From: a virus
Direction: 5' to 3' (one strand)
Length of the DNA: 64,000 nt
IMG/VR virus record: IMGVR_UViG_3300025687_000040
Positions 32,201-40,375 of this stretch are shown in pieces. Each line of letters begins with the position of its first letter. Position 1 is the stretch's first letter. The notes below the pieces were generated by a model. The model made no database searches. It worked only from the letters and a program-made list of their open reading frames with translations, and was not told the DNA's origin. The translations under genes and the position numbers were made by a program.

Positions 32201-34779
32201 AAAATGGAGTAACGGTTTTCGAAAAAGAAAATCGTATTGTTCCTAGTGAGGACTTGGTTCGTTTTGGGATCATTATTAAAGCTATGCTTTCTACTTTACA
32301 AAACAATTCAGACCTGAACTTGACTAATCGTATTAGAGACCCTTTAGTATACAAGAATATAGATAAAATTTTTGGAGGAAGATTAACACAAGACCTTACT
32401 GGTTTACTTGAAGCTTATCGAGAGATCGAAGCAGCCTTTCTTGCTCTAAATAATAATGACCCATTAAAAGAGGCATTTGTTGATAGCCGAAAAGAGGTGC
32501 GTAATAGAAGGCGAGGTAGAGGTGCAGGAACACCAGCACAACTAAGACGGCAGCGAGAGGAAGAACTAAGAAAAATAGGTCTTTTTAATGCTGGTGGTCC
32601 TGTTTATGCAAGTACTGGTAAATTAGTCAACTACCAACCAAAAGGAACCGATACGGTGCCAGCTATGCTGACACCTGGTGAATTTGTGATTAATAAAAGC
32701 TCTGTTGATAAATACGGAGCGGGAATGTTATCAGCTATTAATGCCGGGAATTATGCTACGGGTGGAGCTGTTAAACCAAAATATCTTAGAAACGGAGGTT
32801 TCTTTGAAACTGAAGAAGAGGCTGAAAAAAGGATAATGAAAGACAATCCAAATCTTCTTTATCTAGCAAGTAAAAGTGTATTGGATGAAGGACCATACGG
32901 AGAGAAGCCTTTGGACATTGGGCCTGTAGCTGAAGGTAAAGAAGCTAAAGCAAATAGAATAGCTAATGAAACTCCACAACAAAGAGCAGATGGTGGTACT
33001 ATTAGTGGTACTATTAGTGGTAGATTTGGAAGGACTAGAAGACTTGACCCTGTTAGAAATACGCAATTAGTATCATCTGAAGAAAATACTACGCCTAAGA
33101 AAAGTAGGCTAGATGAGTCTAATAGTATATTAGAAAAATTTAATAAGGCGTTATCTGAACTTTCTGAGACTAGTAAGGCACTTGCCGCAGCAAAGGCCGC
33201 TGAAGCTAGTGCCACAAACCAGAGACTGTCAGACTTTACTGAAGAAGCGTTAGCTAGGGGTGATTATAATGCAGCCTTAAAGTACGCAACCGAGCAGTCT
33301 AAAGCTCTATGGGCACAGGAAGAAAAAGCGTCTAGAGAGGCAAAACAGAGATTCGCTAAGGAGTTTGCCGAGGCAAGTGGTAGATTTTCTGCTGGAGATC
33401 CAAGACTTAAGGCTTTAACGGCTGACGAAGCTGGCATTAATCTTTTAAAGACTATCGTTAAACATGATAGGGATCTTGCAAATAGAAATACTAGGGCACG
33501 ATTCGGAAGAGTTGGGGAAAAGAGCGAGATTGAAAAAGAGAGTCTTGACAGTATTCTAGCTAGAGCAAAAGCCAAATCTAAGAGGGATAGTGGGAAAGTA
33601 ACAAATTTAGCCCCTACTAATAGGAGAGACCTTGGTTCGTCTAGCAATAGGGCTGGGGTTTCGGGAGTTGTTAATCAGAGACGAGGAGTTTCTGGGGTCG
33701 TTAATCAGAGAAGAGGCGTGGTTGATGAGTTGTCTAGAGGTATCCCTAAGCAGCTCCCAAAAGCACCAACGTCTTTAAGAGAGGACGCTGAGGCTAAAAG
33801 AAAAGCAAGAGTTGCGTCGAGACTTGGTGCTGAAACTGGGGTAACTTACGGAACCGGAACTTCACAAACCGGAGTTACTTACGGAACCGGACCTTCGAGA
33901 GCAGCTAAGTTTGGCCCAGTTACAAGAGAAGAAGAAGCCGCTTTTCAAGAACAAAAGGCAATAGCTGAACAGAAAAGAGCTATTACTACAGCCGAGCTAA
34001 AAGCTACGGGTGGTGATTTTCAAATGCGAAATGTGGGAACGGAAAATTCTCCACGTTATGAGGAAGCCTTTTTAGGATTTAAAGGTCCATATGCAGAAGA
34101 AGACCGTAAACTGTTTGCACAAAAAAGTTTTGAAGCTGCTGTTGCTGGTGGTTACGGTTTTGCAAATACTAAAGGACTTATGAATCTTAAGAAAAAATCA
34201 GAAATAGCACAATCAAAAGCGTCTAGAGAAGAGGAACTTCTTAACTATATGAAAAAAAATCCAAAGTTGAGTAGAAAACGAGCTTCTGCAAGACTGTCAA
34301 GATTTTATACCGGCGGTCTAGTTAGTGGAATTCCTGGAATTGATACCAATCCCGCAATGTTAACTCGTGGTGAATACGTGATTAATAAAAAATCAGCAGA
34401 AGCTATCGGAATTAACAATTTAAATAGATTGAATTCAGCCAGAGGCTATAATAAAGGTGGAAAAGTTGGATATTACGCAGATGGTGGGTCTGTTGGTGGA
34501 CTTGGAAATAGTTCAGAATCTTATACTATGTTTTCTAATTCTGTAGACAAACTAGTTGGTAATAACGGTTTTGCCATGTTTAAAGAGTCTGTAGATCAAT
34601 TTAACTCTATACCTAAAGAACTAACATTAACAGTAGCTCCTACTCAAGTTACCGTGACATTAAATGGTGCTGAACTCTTATCAAGAATGACCCCGATGAT
34701 AAAATCACAAATTTTTGAAGGGATTACTTCCGAAATTAATAAATTAAAAGAAGATCTTAAATCAGGGAATATTGTATAA
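26245..34779 (+). CDS. Tape-measure-like giant virion protein (2844 aa) with five TDTVPAMLTPGEFVI repeat modules
   Basis: The N-terminus (ILGRISIALSRATRDAIKFEREFVKLAQVFDTNVKNLEGLSNKISELSQQYGLS) resembles TMP N-domains. It has long Ala/Gln/Glu-rich coiled-coil-like stretches and five ~45-aa repeats, followed by Dit- and Tal-like genes. Confidence 0.5.
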   Translation: MSSLPNGLTFQVILTPPTGGNVSALRQQIQAGLGNIQANVQLNNAATANKQLNAISASTKKSTKDTKAFGDAIGIAGRNFAAYTSAVAILGRISIALSRATRDAIKFEREFVKLAQVFDTNVKNLEGLSNKISELSQQYGLSANVIAKTSVVLAQSGLTARETQIALNSLAKTTLASTFDNIAQTAEGAVAIIAQFEEGVGSLESQLGAINAVSKKFAVESSDIIEAVRRGGGAFKAANGTFNEFISLFTAVRSTTRESAETISTGFRTIFARLQRPKVIDYFKELNIQLEDGQGNFVGAFEAVKRLSEGLDRAGIKAGQIKFAEVVEQLGGIRQVSRVIPLLGQFKKAEEARQVALAGGVSLDKDAAKAQETTAQAIERTRQNFAALIREISQTQSFKEIVKIALSMANAFLEIARTLKPLIPLIAVLGSIKLGGLFSTAVKTGFTTPGLGTKRPFAKGGTVLGFNRGGSVPGTGNGDTVPAMLEPGEFVIRKSAVQAFGAENLAGINKYAGGGEFKKLPPSKDTEFTHLDKLNTSASARRWAEKQGMGNIRQLYSSVGVDLPKNWNRDWDRKNKQGTTSTRLKNYIERKGGSIFNSLLNSGNIAHLTGGKSNPAVIELKKKKVSIARSFAEKITPRRNLDTDQDVISSDIAEALMDAFGGKRSVLGKATRRVSAVRFEDGDGKARSRQRANLQLSKAAGFYSRMERKAKGGAVGTDTVPALLTPGEFVINKKSAEAYGYGNLKKINKYAKGGPVGVQKFADGGEVGGFAGFDFITSAAAEFGILLFSLKQISGSLKQFQDGLSKSGGAIKKDIEARELLRLKIAAAKEGFETLDLQKYQDSVDAAAANLLTAKNRAFSDPSTGIQRDAVDSAMVAVSSTFGAGAATRSDEENARSAVRLDTAIDSLSKKYGESGAVVEGLKNVINQYSGDLLAQSNAAKAYVESLEAANSQIEELTNAEKLAVNQSSKILRQKQKYQQELLSEIAELEKGTGSGDLKKSIKNFGSSIVAAGSKLKKIALIRIPGPGALAAGAGRGIVSGTKAVGARIGAGARVGVEKVKSVASKIDPLAATAAIAASLDSILSQIIGSFGNLAESAAQNGDVQEAALAARQESEAKLNKTIILGATATGAAIGSIVPVVGTAIGAGVGAIAGTLATYSSSLKTSLYDGAISFANMTGFFGQTETYSEQLAKNEKKRVEQAKTTNIQKALDGIGVQFRNASRDLDPKTNFAGFASEANKLAQATKAQKDAALQLSKDAPNRAEIIAQSDQQVKDAFDQLAEAANAQGISLEKVAQDYPELVEAFKATLPPGEVESMWKQRIQASQASIAAIASENAAKQRSISIFLEQIAIQERLNASLAAFDQSLKGQEQVIAGLDFALTGNVAIPQVGTSLTDFSQAGTAEFNQGLAEVAKISPEFAKQARRVKVGLGGFQNFAETLVQDPKKASQDIKKRLSGVLSDDQIDKIQEKITNFTKENGDGQAAAALEEALIKEFVGPFADTLEEGRSRINKSVENYNTILEKRNELERQGLQRRLDIAKQEQDIQKQIREISGIELTAGQARRGSIDLAKTALGGTNFSQSLTGNRAADVAFLGEQLKTNRNAEKLFQERLSSEVLTPDEINSTNEALKGLQFESEKLEKAMEFLSDSTEETAVLQKKLEQSRAERAAKREVATSLAFGTNESRRKFFSDFRASQISGATGSAEVIPENQRSDVLGLFKQFSNARLFGGRTGREAERAATGNYLASLGLSFDEINNVMDDFIAGELDMIGAIKENLRVDVDRNKILLSIQQNLAAPNPNQPNALQFPANGGIIHASQGQLINFTPKGTDTVPAMLTPGEFVIKRSSVRKYGNKMMESINAGNFAGGGQIGDSIQTITKPQFFPVDFVKEKYQDYLSVPRNAGREKYPGSNFWPPSITWAEGFRQLTGTRSEKQAKYIREINSVYNNSFAKTYSKLLELGIGLKQNVGPNGEDQFGPGIVKGATIKNGVTVFEKENRIVPSEDLVRFGIIIKAMLSTLQNNSDLNLTNRIRDPLVYKNIDKIFGGRLTQDLTGLLEAYREIEAAFLALNNNDPLKEAFVDSRKEVRNRRRGRGAGTPAQLRRQREEELRKIGLFNAGGPVYASTGKLVNYQPKGTDTVPAMLTPGEFVINKSSVDKYGAGMLSAINAGNYATGGAVKPKYLRNGGFFETEEEAEKRIMKDNPNLLYLASKSVLDEGPYGEKPLDIGPVAEGKEAKANRIANETPQQRADGGTISGTISGRFGRTRRLDPVRNTQLVSSEENTTPKKSRLDESNSILEKFNKALSELSETSKALAAAKAAEASATNQRLSDFTEEALARGDYNAALKYATEQSKALWAQEEKASREAKQRFAKEFAEASGRFSAGDPRLKALTADEAGINLLKTIVKHDRDLANRNTRARFGRVGEKSEIEKESLDSILARAKAKSKRDSGKVTNLAPTNRRDLGSSSNRAGVSGVVNQRRGVSGVVNQRRGVVDELSRGIPKQLPKAPTSLREDAEAKRKARVASRLGAETGVTYGTGTSQTGVTYGTGPSRAAKFGPVTREEEAAFQEQKAIAEQKRAITTAELKATGGDFQMRNVGTENSPRYEEAFLGFKGPYAEEDRKLFAQKSFEAAVAGGYGFANTKGLMNLKKKSEIAQSKASREEELLNYMKKNPKLSRKRASARLSRFYTGGLVSGIPGIDTNPAMLTRGEYVINKKSAEAIGINNLNRLNSARGYNKGGKVGYYADGGSVGGLGNSSESYTMFSNSVDKLVGNNGFAMFKESVDQFNSIPKELTLTVAPTQVTVTLNGAELLSRMTPMIKSQIFEGITSEINKLKEDLKSGNIV

Positions 34780-36305
34780 TGCCAGTCTCAATTGATTCTA
34801 ATTTAATAGTCCCGGCCCCTACTGCTACTTTTTCTAAGGCTTATTTAAAAACAGGGTCTGGTAAAGTAATAGGGGCAGATTATACAATTACGTTAACTGG
34901 CCTGTTAATGGATAACAAGGGCAGTCCTACATCTACAGGCAGTAGTCCTACAGTAGCCTTTACTGGCGACCCCACTTATTCTACTCAAACCCCAAACGAT
35001 GATCCTATTAATTCAAGTATTGACGAAACTAATATGTTAACGTCAATCATGAAAAAGCAAGAGTTATTGCGTAGTATATTAATTACGGGAAATAAGATTC
35101 TTTTACATATAACCGGATTCAATGAATCTTCCGGTATAAAAGCTTATTGCGATGTAGAATCCATTGATTTTGACGATCAATCTAGGTGGACAAATCGTTG
35201 CGGGTATACTATTACTCTTAAAACTACTTCATTTACTGAGTCTTCAAATGGTATCTTTTCTAATGAATCTTCAGAAGATGCCTTTACATATTATATAAGT
35301 ACAGCAGATGAGACTTGGTCTATTAATGAATCAGATCAGTTTTCCACTACATTTTCTGGTGGATCAATTGATACTATTAAAAGACTATATACCTTGACTC
35401 ATAACGTCAGTGCTGTGGGACAAAGAGCTTATTCCGCAGGCGGTGAATTTATTAATGGATTAGACGCTTGGCAACAAGCTAGTGGATATGTCCATAATGT
35501 TATTGGTATAGGAACAGCAAATGCCCCTAGTAGTTGGTTGGACCCTTATGGGGATATGGGCTATAACTACTATAATCATAAATTTACCGAAAATATTGAC
35601 CAGAATGCTGGCAATTATTCCATCTCAGAAGAATGGACGCTTTATGAATCTGGGGCAATTCCCGCCACTGAAGAAGTTTCCTTCTCTATAGATAGTGATC
35701 TCAGCGGATTCAATAAGGTTTCAATTAATGGGACTATTCAAGGATTGGCTGAAAGCGGGTCTATGTATGAAAATACAGATAAGTACGCCAATGCCCTTTC
35801 CTTTTTTTCCAGCAATTGTTCCGATAGTCAACTTTATCAAAGAGCTAGTGGGGTTTATGCTAGTACTTGTTTAAATTCCGCATCATCTTCTAAAGCGATA
35901 GGGCATAACCCAAACGCTGGCACAATAAGCTATTCTCTTTCTTTTGATACACGTCCCGGTAATACAATTGCAAATGCACTTACTGAAGATATACAAGTTA
36001 GTAATATCTATCCAGGTCAATTAATTAGTATTACTCCAGTGATTGGGCGAAGTCAGCCAATAATTCAGTATGTAAACTCAAGAAGCGAATTTAAAAAGAC
36101 TCTTCAGATTACAGCACAAATGGCACAAGTTGGCTGTACTTTTACCCAACCGGGAACTGGAGAAATACAGGCTATTTACAATACATATAATCCTTCCGGC
36201 GTAGCTGTATCAGGAAGAGTATTTTATGGACCTCCACAAGAGTCTTGGAATCCTAAAACTGGACAATATTCTTTCTCCGTTGAATGGACCTATGAAAGGG
36301 CTTAA
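34779..36305 (+). CDS. Putative distal tail protein (Dit-like)
   Basis: A 508-aa ORF whose start overlaps the TMP stop (ATAATG). It holds the position of Dit in TMP-Dit-Tal synteny. Confidence 0.35.
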   Translation: MPVSIDSNLIVPAPTATFSKAYLKTGSGKVIGADYTITLTGLLMDNKGSPTSTGSSPTVAFTGDPTYSTQTPNDDPINSSIDETNMLTSIMKKQELLRSILITGNKILLHITGFNESSGIKAYCDVESIDFDDQSRWTNRCGYTITLKTTSFTESSNGIFSNESSEDAFTYYISTADETWSINESDQFSTTFSGGSIDTIKRLYTLTHNVSAVGQRAYSAGGEFINGLDAWQQASGYVHNVIGIGTANAPSSWLDPYGDMGYNYYNHKFTENIDQNAGNYSISEEWTLYESGAIPATEEVSFSIDSDLSGFNKVSINGTIQGLAESGSMYENTDKYANALSFFSSNCSDSQLYQRASGVYASTCLNSASSSKAIGHNPNAGTISYSLSFDTRPGNTIANALTEDIQVSNIYPGQLISITPVIGRSQPIIQYVNSRSEFKKTLQITAQMAQVGCTFTQPGTGEIQAIYNTYNPSGVAVSGRVFYGPPQESWNPKTGQYSFSVEWTYERA

Positions 36306-36308
36306 AAT

Positions 36309-39300
36309 ATGACGGATAGAATTGTAATTGGAACAGATACAGCAGTAGCTAATCCTGATATTGGTACTCAAACTTTTTTAGGTGCCACCGTTATAGATTT
36401 TAGTTGTAATTCTAGTTGGGACTCTCAAGGCGGCGTATGTAGTATTAATTTGATAGAAGACGAAGGACAAAGAATTAGCACAACCTCTGTTATTGGGTCT
36501 CCTCAATATTTTGAGATTATAGATAATAGCGGGGATTTAGTATTTTGTTTTTATGGTATATTGAAGGATATATCAAGAAACGTTTCTTCGAATGGAGATA
36601 GAACTTATTCCGCAGTACTTCAAACTCCTACAGTTTTGTTAAGCTCTTGTTCTATTATTACGGAAGATTATGCTGGTTCTGGCAATGCTACAGAAGCTGT
36701 AGCACCCAATACTTCTAGTAGTTTAGATTTTGGACATATAAACCCATTAGTCAATTTTAACAATGTTTATAATATCTTAAATCCTTTTGGAGTATTTGAA
36801 AACGACGATTATGGATTATCTACACCTAAAGGTTTTGGTGCCTCTCAAGTTAATCAAGACGGGATGAGGTTAGATCGATTTGTAGCTGCTATTGACGAAT
36901 TAATCAACGTCAATAATACAACCTCTAATCCAGAACTTGGTCGTCCTATAATTTATGGTGCTGATCAATGGACTAATTCTCCCACAGCATCAAAGCCTTA
37001 TTATTATACTTTTGATATAAATGGATTTATCAGCCAAGTCTCTTCTTTTATACCATATGACTATAGAGTAAAATCTACAACTCTAATGGATTTTGTAGAT
37101 GAATTATGCACTGAGATAAATCATGTTTATATGGTAGATCTTAGAAAGCCTTTAGGTTTAGGAGATCCTACTATTCTTGGCCCATATGGAAACGCTTTAC
37201 CACCTAGCAATTCTGAGATTGGAACTTTTGGTGGCGAAATTCATATAATTACACAAAACAGAAATCAATATGGTTCAAACAAATTTCCACTTTCAAAGTT
37301 TATTGTCCAAAGAGAAATTTCTGACAAGAATGGAGGATATATTCCAAGTTCGTTTAGTGCTGCCTTTTCTAATGGATTTGGCGGTGCTGATTTACCTTTA
37401 GATTTTGCTTGGACAACTGGAGTTGTACATCCTGGTGGACCACCTATTGCATCTTCTCCATTTGGTGGACTAGCTACTTTTGAGGATATATCAATTGATG
37501 AACTAGAGAGATATACTTCTACCCAATTAAGTGTGTCGCTTAATGAAGGTGCCGTAGCTGGAAAAATGTTAACAGGTGGTTTTCAGTCAAGAATTGGCTT
37601 TATTGAAAATAATGGTAGTGATGTATACCAGTATTGGGGGGAAGTTAAAAGACTTAATAATTACGGAGTGAGTGTGACTGAATATGATACGGCTAAACGA
37701 GGCATACCTGTTGTTACTAAAATTTTAGATCCAAATGATATAGTCGATTGTATAATGATTGACTGTCAAGATATTGTAGGTGATGGAGATATAACAGGAG
37801 CTATTTTAACTGGAATATATGCATGTAGCCTTAAGGAAATAAGATACGCAATGAATTCTTTTGATACTTGGATTCATTTTCTAACTCATATCAAACCAGC
37901 AAAATTAAATAGTATGCAAACTCATTTTGCTCAACCCTTAAGAACACCATATCAACCATTCTTAACTTCCGCTGGTGGTTATACTTGGGTAGGAGCAGCT
38001 TATCAAGCAAATGCTCTCCCTACTATTCAAAAACATCTTACTTCATCCTCTAATGCCGTTACTACGAATATTGATCCAAGTGACCCTATTAATGCTCAGG
38101 CTAATGTACAGGCTCAAAGGTTTTTACAGATGCTTCATGGCAAGATTTCAACTATTGGAAAAGATCATTACGGCAAAAGCTGGGTAGTTAAACAGCCTGC
38201 ATTTACAACCAAAGTCGATGAAAATGAAGAATCGGTGATTGCTGATTTTGTTAGGTCTTGGGACTTATCAGATTCTGCATACTTAGAACCAGCTAATTTT
38301 GCCGCATACGAAGCACCTCAGAGTCCATACTTCGTTAAAGACGGAAGACTTTCTTCTTATGTTAATTTTAATTCTAATTTTACATCGTCGAATATATATA
38401 ATAGCTTATATGTAAACAATGATTTTTCAGAGTATAAAGGTCAGAAATTTGCTCAAACTCAAATCGCTTCCGATTATATCTTTTCTTTTCCATTAGAATT
38501 AGATAAAGATTATCTCTTTTTGCCTACAACCTATTTCACTAACTATGACAGGGCTAATTTTACTAATCTTCTTTCGGGCAGTGGCGTAATGAATAACAAA
38601 CCTCTAGCTGTAGGAATTGATACAGCGAATGTCACTTCTGCGATTAATTATTTAACTGGTGCTGGGTCGGTTATATCAGAAAATGGAGTAGGTATGATAC
38701 CTTATGCTATATGTAGGACAGAAAGGGTCTATAGACCTTTGTATAATGAAAGTGCAGGTGGAGATTCTGCCGGTTCTAATAGTAGTCTTATAGCCTCTGC
38801 TGGGTTTAGTTCCTCTGGTAATAAACAGTCTAATAAGAATATACAAGGAGGAGATGTAAACTTTAAAGGTCCATTTCCTGCTATAGTAGCACCTAGATCA
38901 TTTGGTATACCTCAACAGTCAAACAGATTTATTTATGGTCCTTGGGTAACAGATAATATAAATTTAGATTATTGTGCAAAAATTGAATATGAACAAGATC
39001 TTAATTTAGTACCAGAAAATTATATTATTCCAGCTACAATAACCATTGGAGGAACTAGTTATACTTTGACTTCTGGTTTAGCTGGTTTGAATCTTGTTGG
39101 TCAAGCAAAAGTTAATACTGTAGACAATTTTGACTTCTTATTTATAGAACAAGGATCTGTCACATCTCCGGGTCTTCCTTCAGTGACAAATTTAGGAGCT
39201 TCTTTAGTAACTAATGGACCTTTGGTTTCAGATATATCTGTAAATATTAGTGTAACAGATATAAAAACTACATACAGTATGAAAACTTTTGCTCCTAAAC

Positions 39301-39383
39301 TAGGAAGAACAAATAAACGATTTATTGATAATATATCAAAATTAGGCAAAAAAATTAAATCAATAGCTAATTTGGTAAAATAG
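36309..39383 (+). CDS. Putative tail-associated or baseplate hub protein (Tal-like)
   Basis: A 1024-aa protein directly after the Dit-like gene. Confidence 0.35.
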   Translation: MTDRIVIGTDTAVANPDIGTQTFLGATVIDFSCNSSWDSQGGVCSINLIEDEGQRISTTSVIGSPQYFEIIDNSGDLVFCFYGILKDISRNVSSNGDRTYSAVLQTPTVLLSSCSIITEDYAGSGNATEAVAPNTSSSLDFGHINPLVNFNNVYNILNPFGVFENDDYGLSTPKGFGASQVNQDGMRLDRFVAAIDELINVNNTTSNPELGRPIIYGADQWTNSPTASKPYYYTFDINGFISQVSSFIPYDYRVKSTTLMDFVDELCTEINHVYMVDLRKPLGLGDPTILGPYGNALPPSNSEIGTFGGEIHIITQNRNQYGSNKFPLSKFIVQREISDKNGGYIPSSFSAAFSNGFGGADLPLDFAWTTGVVHPGGPPIASSPFGGLATFEDISIDELERYTSTQLSVSLNEGAVAGKMLTGGFQSRIGFIENNGSDVYQYWGEVKRLNNYGVSVTEYDTAKRGIPVVTKILDPNDIVDCIMIDCQDIVGDGDITGAILTGIYACSLKEIRYAMNSFDTWIHFLTHIKPAKLNSMQTHFAQPLRTPYQPFLTSAGGYTWVGAAYQANALPTIQKHLTSSSNAVTTNIDPSDPINAQANVQAQRFLQMLHGKISTIGKDHYGKSWVVKQPAFTTKVDENEESVIADFVRSWDLSDSAYLEPANFAAYEAPQSPYFVKDGRLSSYVNFNSNFTSSNIYNSLYVNNDFSEYKGQKFAQTQIASDYIFSFPLELDKDYLFLPTTYFTNYDRANFTNLLSGSGVMNNKPLAVGIDTANVTSAINYLTGAGSVISENGVGMIPYAICRTERVYRPLYNESAGGDSAGSNSSLIASAGFSSSGNKQSNKNIQGGDVNFKGPFPAIVAPRSFGIPQQSNRFIYGPWVTDNINLDYCAKIEYEQDLNLVPENYIIPATITIGGTSYTLTSGLAGLNLVGQAKVNTVDNFDFLFIEQGSVTSPGLPSVTNLGASLVTNGPLVSDISVNISVTDIKTTYSMKTFAPKLGRTNKRFIDNISKLGKKIKSIANLVK

Positions 39384-39391
39384 GATATAAA

Positions 39392-40375
39392 ATGACAGAT
39401 AGATTAGAATTAAATAATGGACTTACGGATTCTTTAGGCACTCCATCTTTTGCTTTTGTTGGAAGATCTACTCCTCTTTATATACAAGATAGTGGGTCTT
39501 CAAGTGGTAATATCCAATCTATTGAAATTGCTGCAATGTCTATTCCTGCTGCAATTCAAGATATTGGTACTGATGTAAATAATAAAGGTCTGGCTGGATT
39601 TGATACAATCTTTTCTCCGTATACTACTGCTTCTGGGCACTCTGAACTACCTCACTTTGAGAATCCTACAAATCTTACAGAACCTAACTCTTATACATTA
39701 GACCCATTTAACCCAAACAATATGTTTGAGACAGGCGTTTCTCAAACAATAAATAATGATAGGTTTGCTCGTAGCGGTCATAATATTCAAATTGCAAATA
39801 CTTGGCAAGCTGCCGGTAATGGCACAACAGGAGACGCTTCTTTTGTAAAAGATCTTTATGAAAATGGGACTTTTACTTATGATGGAGTCAGATCTATTGG
39901 ACTAAGAGCACCGATGGTTCTTTCTGGTTGGGGCTATGACACTGACCAAAAACCAGTACCGGCAGATACAGGAAATCCTAATATATTTGCAACTGGAGCT
40001 TTTAGGAATCCTAATATATGGAAAACTGGACCCGTAGACTTAAGATGGGATAATGAAAGAAAGGTTTGGTCTGCTGGTGGTGGTGGTGGATCAATTATTA
40101 TGTTTGAAGTTACTGACTCTGATGAAGCTGGCACGGGCTGTGTTACTGCTACTGTTAAACTAATACCTTGCGGTGGAGCTGGTGTTAATGTTGGTGATGA
40201 AATTATCGTTCAAGATGAAGCAGGCTGTCAATTCAACATTGACCCTATTCTTCTTCTTGGTGCATACGGCTTCGCCACGAAGATGAAAACAACTTCAATG
40301 TGTGATCCATACGACACAGAAGAATGTCAGTGGGTAGTTCTTACTATGTGCTGCTCGTTGGGAGGTTGTCCATAA
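39392..40375 (+). CDS. Hypothetical baseplate or receptor-binding-associated protein
   Basis: Gly-rich, with a Cys-rich C-terminus (CDPYDTEECQWVVLTMCCSLGGCP). Confidence 0.3.
   Translation: MTDRLELNNGLTDSLGTPSFAFVGRSTPLYIQDSGSSSGNIQSIEIAAMSIPAAIQDIGTDVNNKGLAGFDTIFSPYTTASGHSELPHFENPTNLTEPNSYTLDPFNPNNMFETGVSQTINNDRFARSGHNIQIANTWQAAGNGTTGDASFVKDLYENGTFTYDGVRSIGLRAPMVLSGWGYDTDQKPVPADTGNPNIFATGAFRNPNIWKTGPVDLRWDNERKVWSAGGGGGSIIMFEVTDSDEAGTGCVTATVKLIPCGGAGVNVGDEIIVQDEAGCQFNIDPILLLGAYGFATKMKTTSMCDPYDTEECQWVVLTMCCSLGGCP

Noticed and set aside
26245-34779. The giant protein as a crAss-like virion RNA polymerase.
   Set aside because: I scanned for a DxDGD-type catalytic motif and found only FEDGDGK, which does not fit. 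The Ala/Gln-rich repetitive architecture and the following Dit- and Tal-like genes fit a tape-measure protein better.
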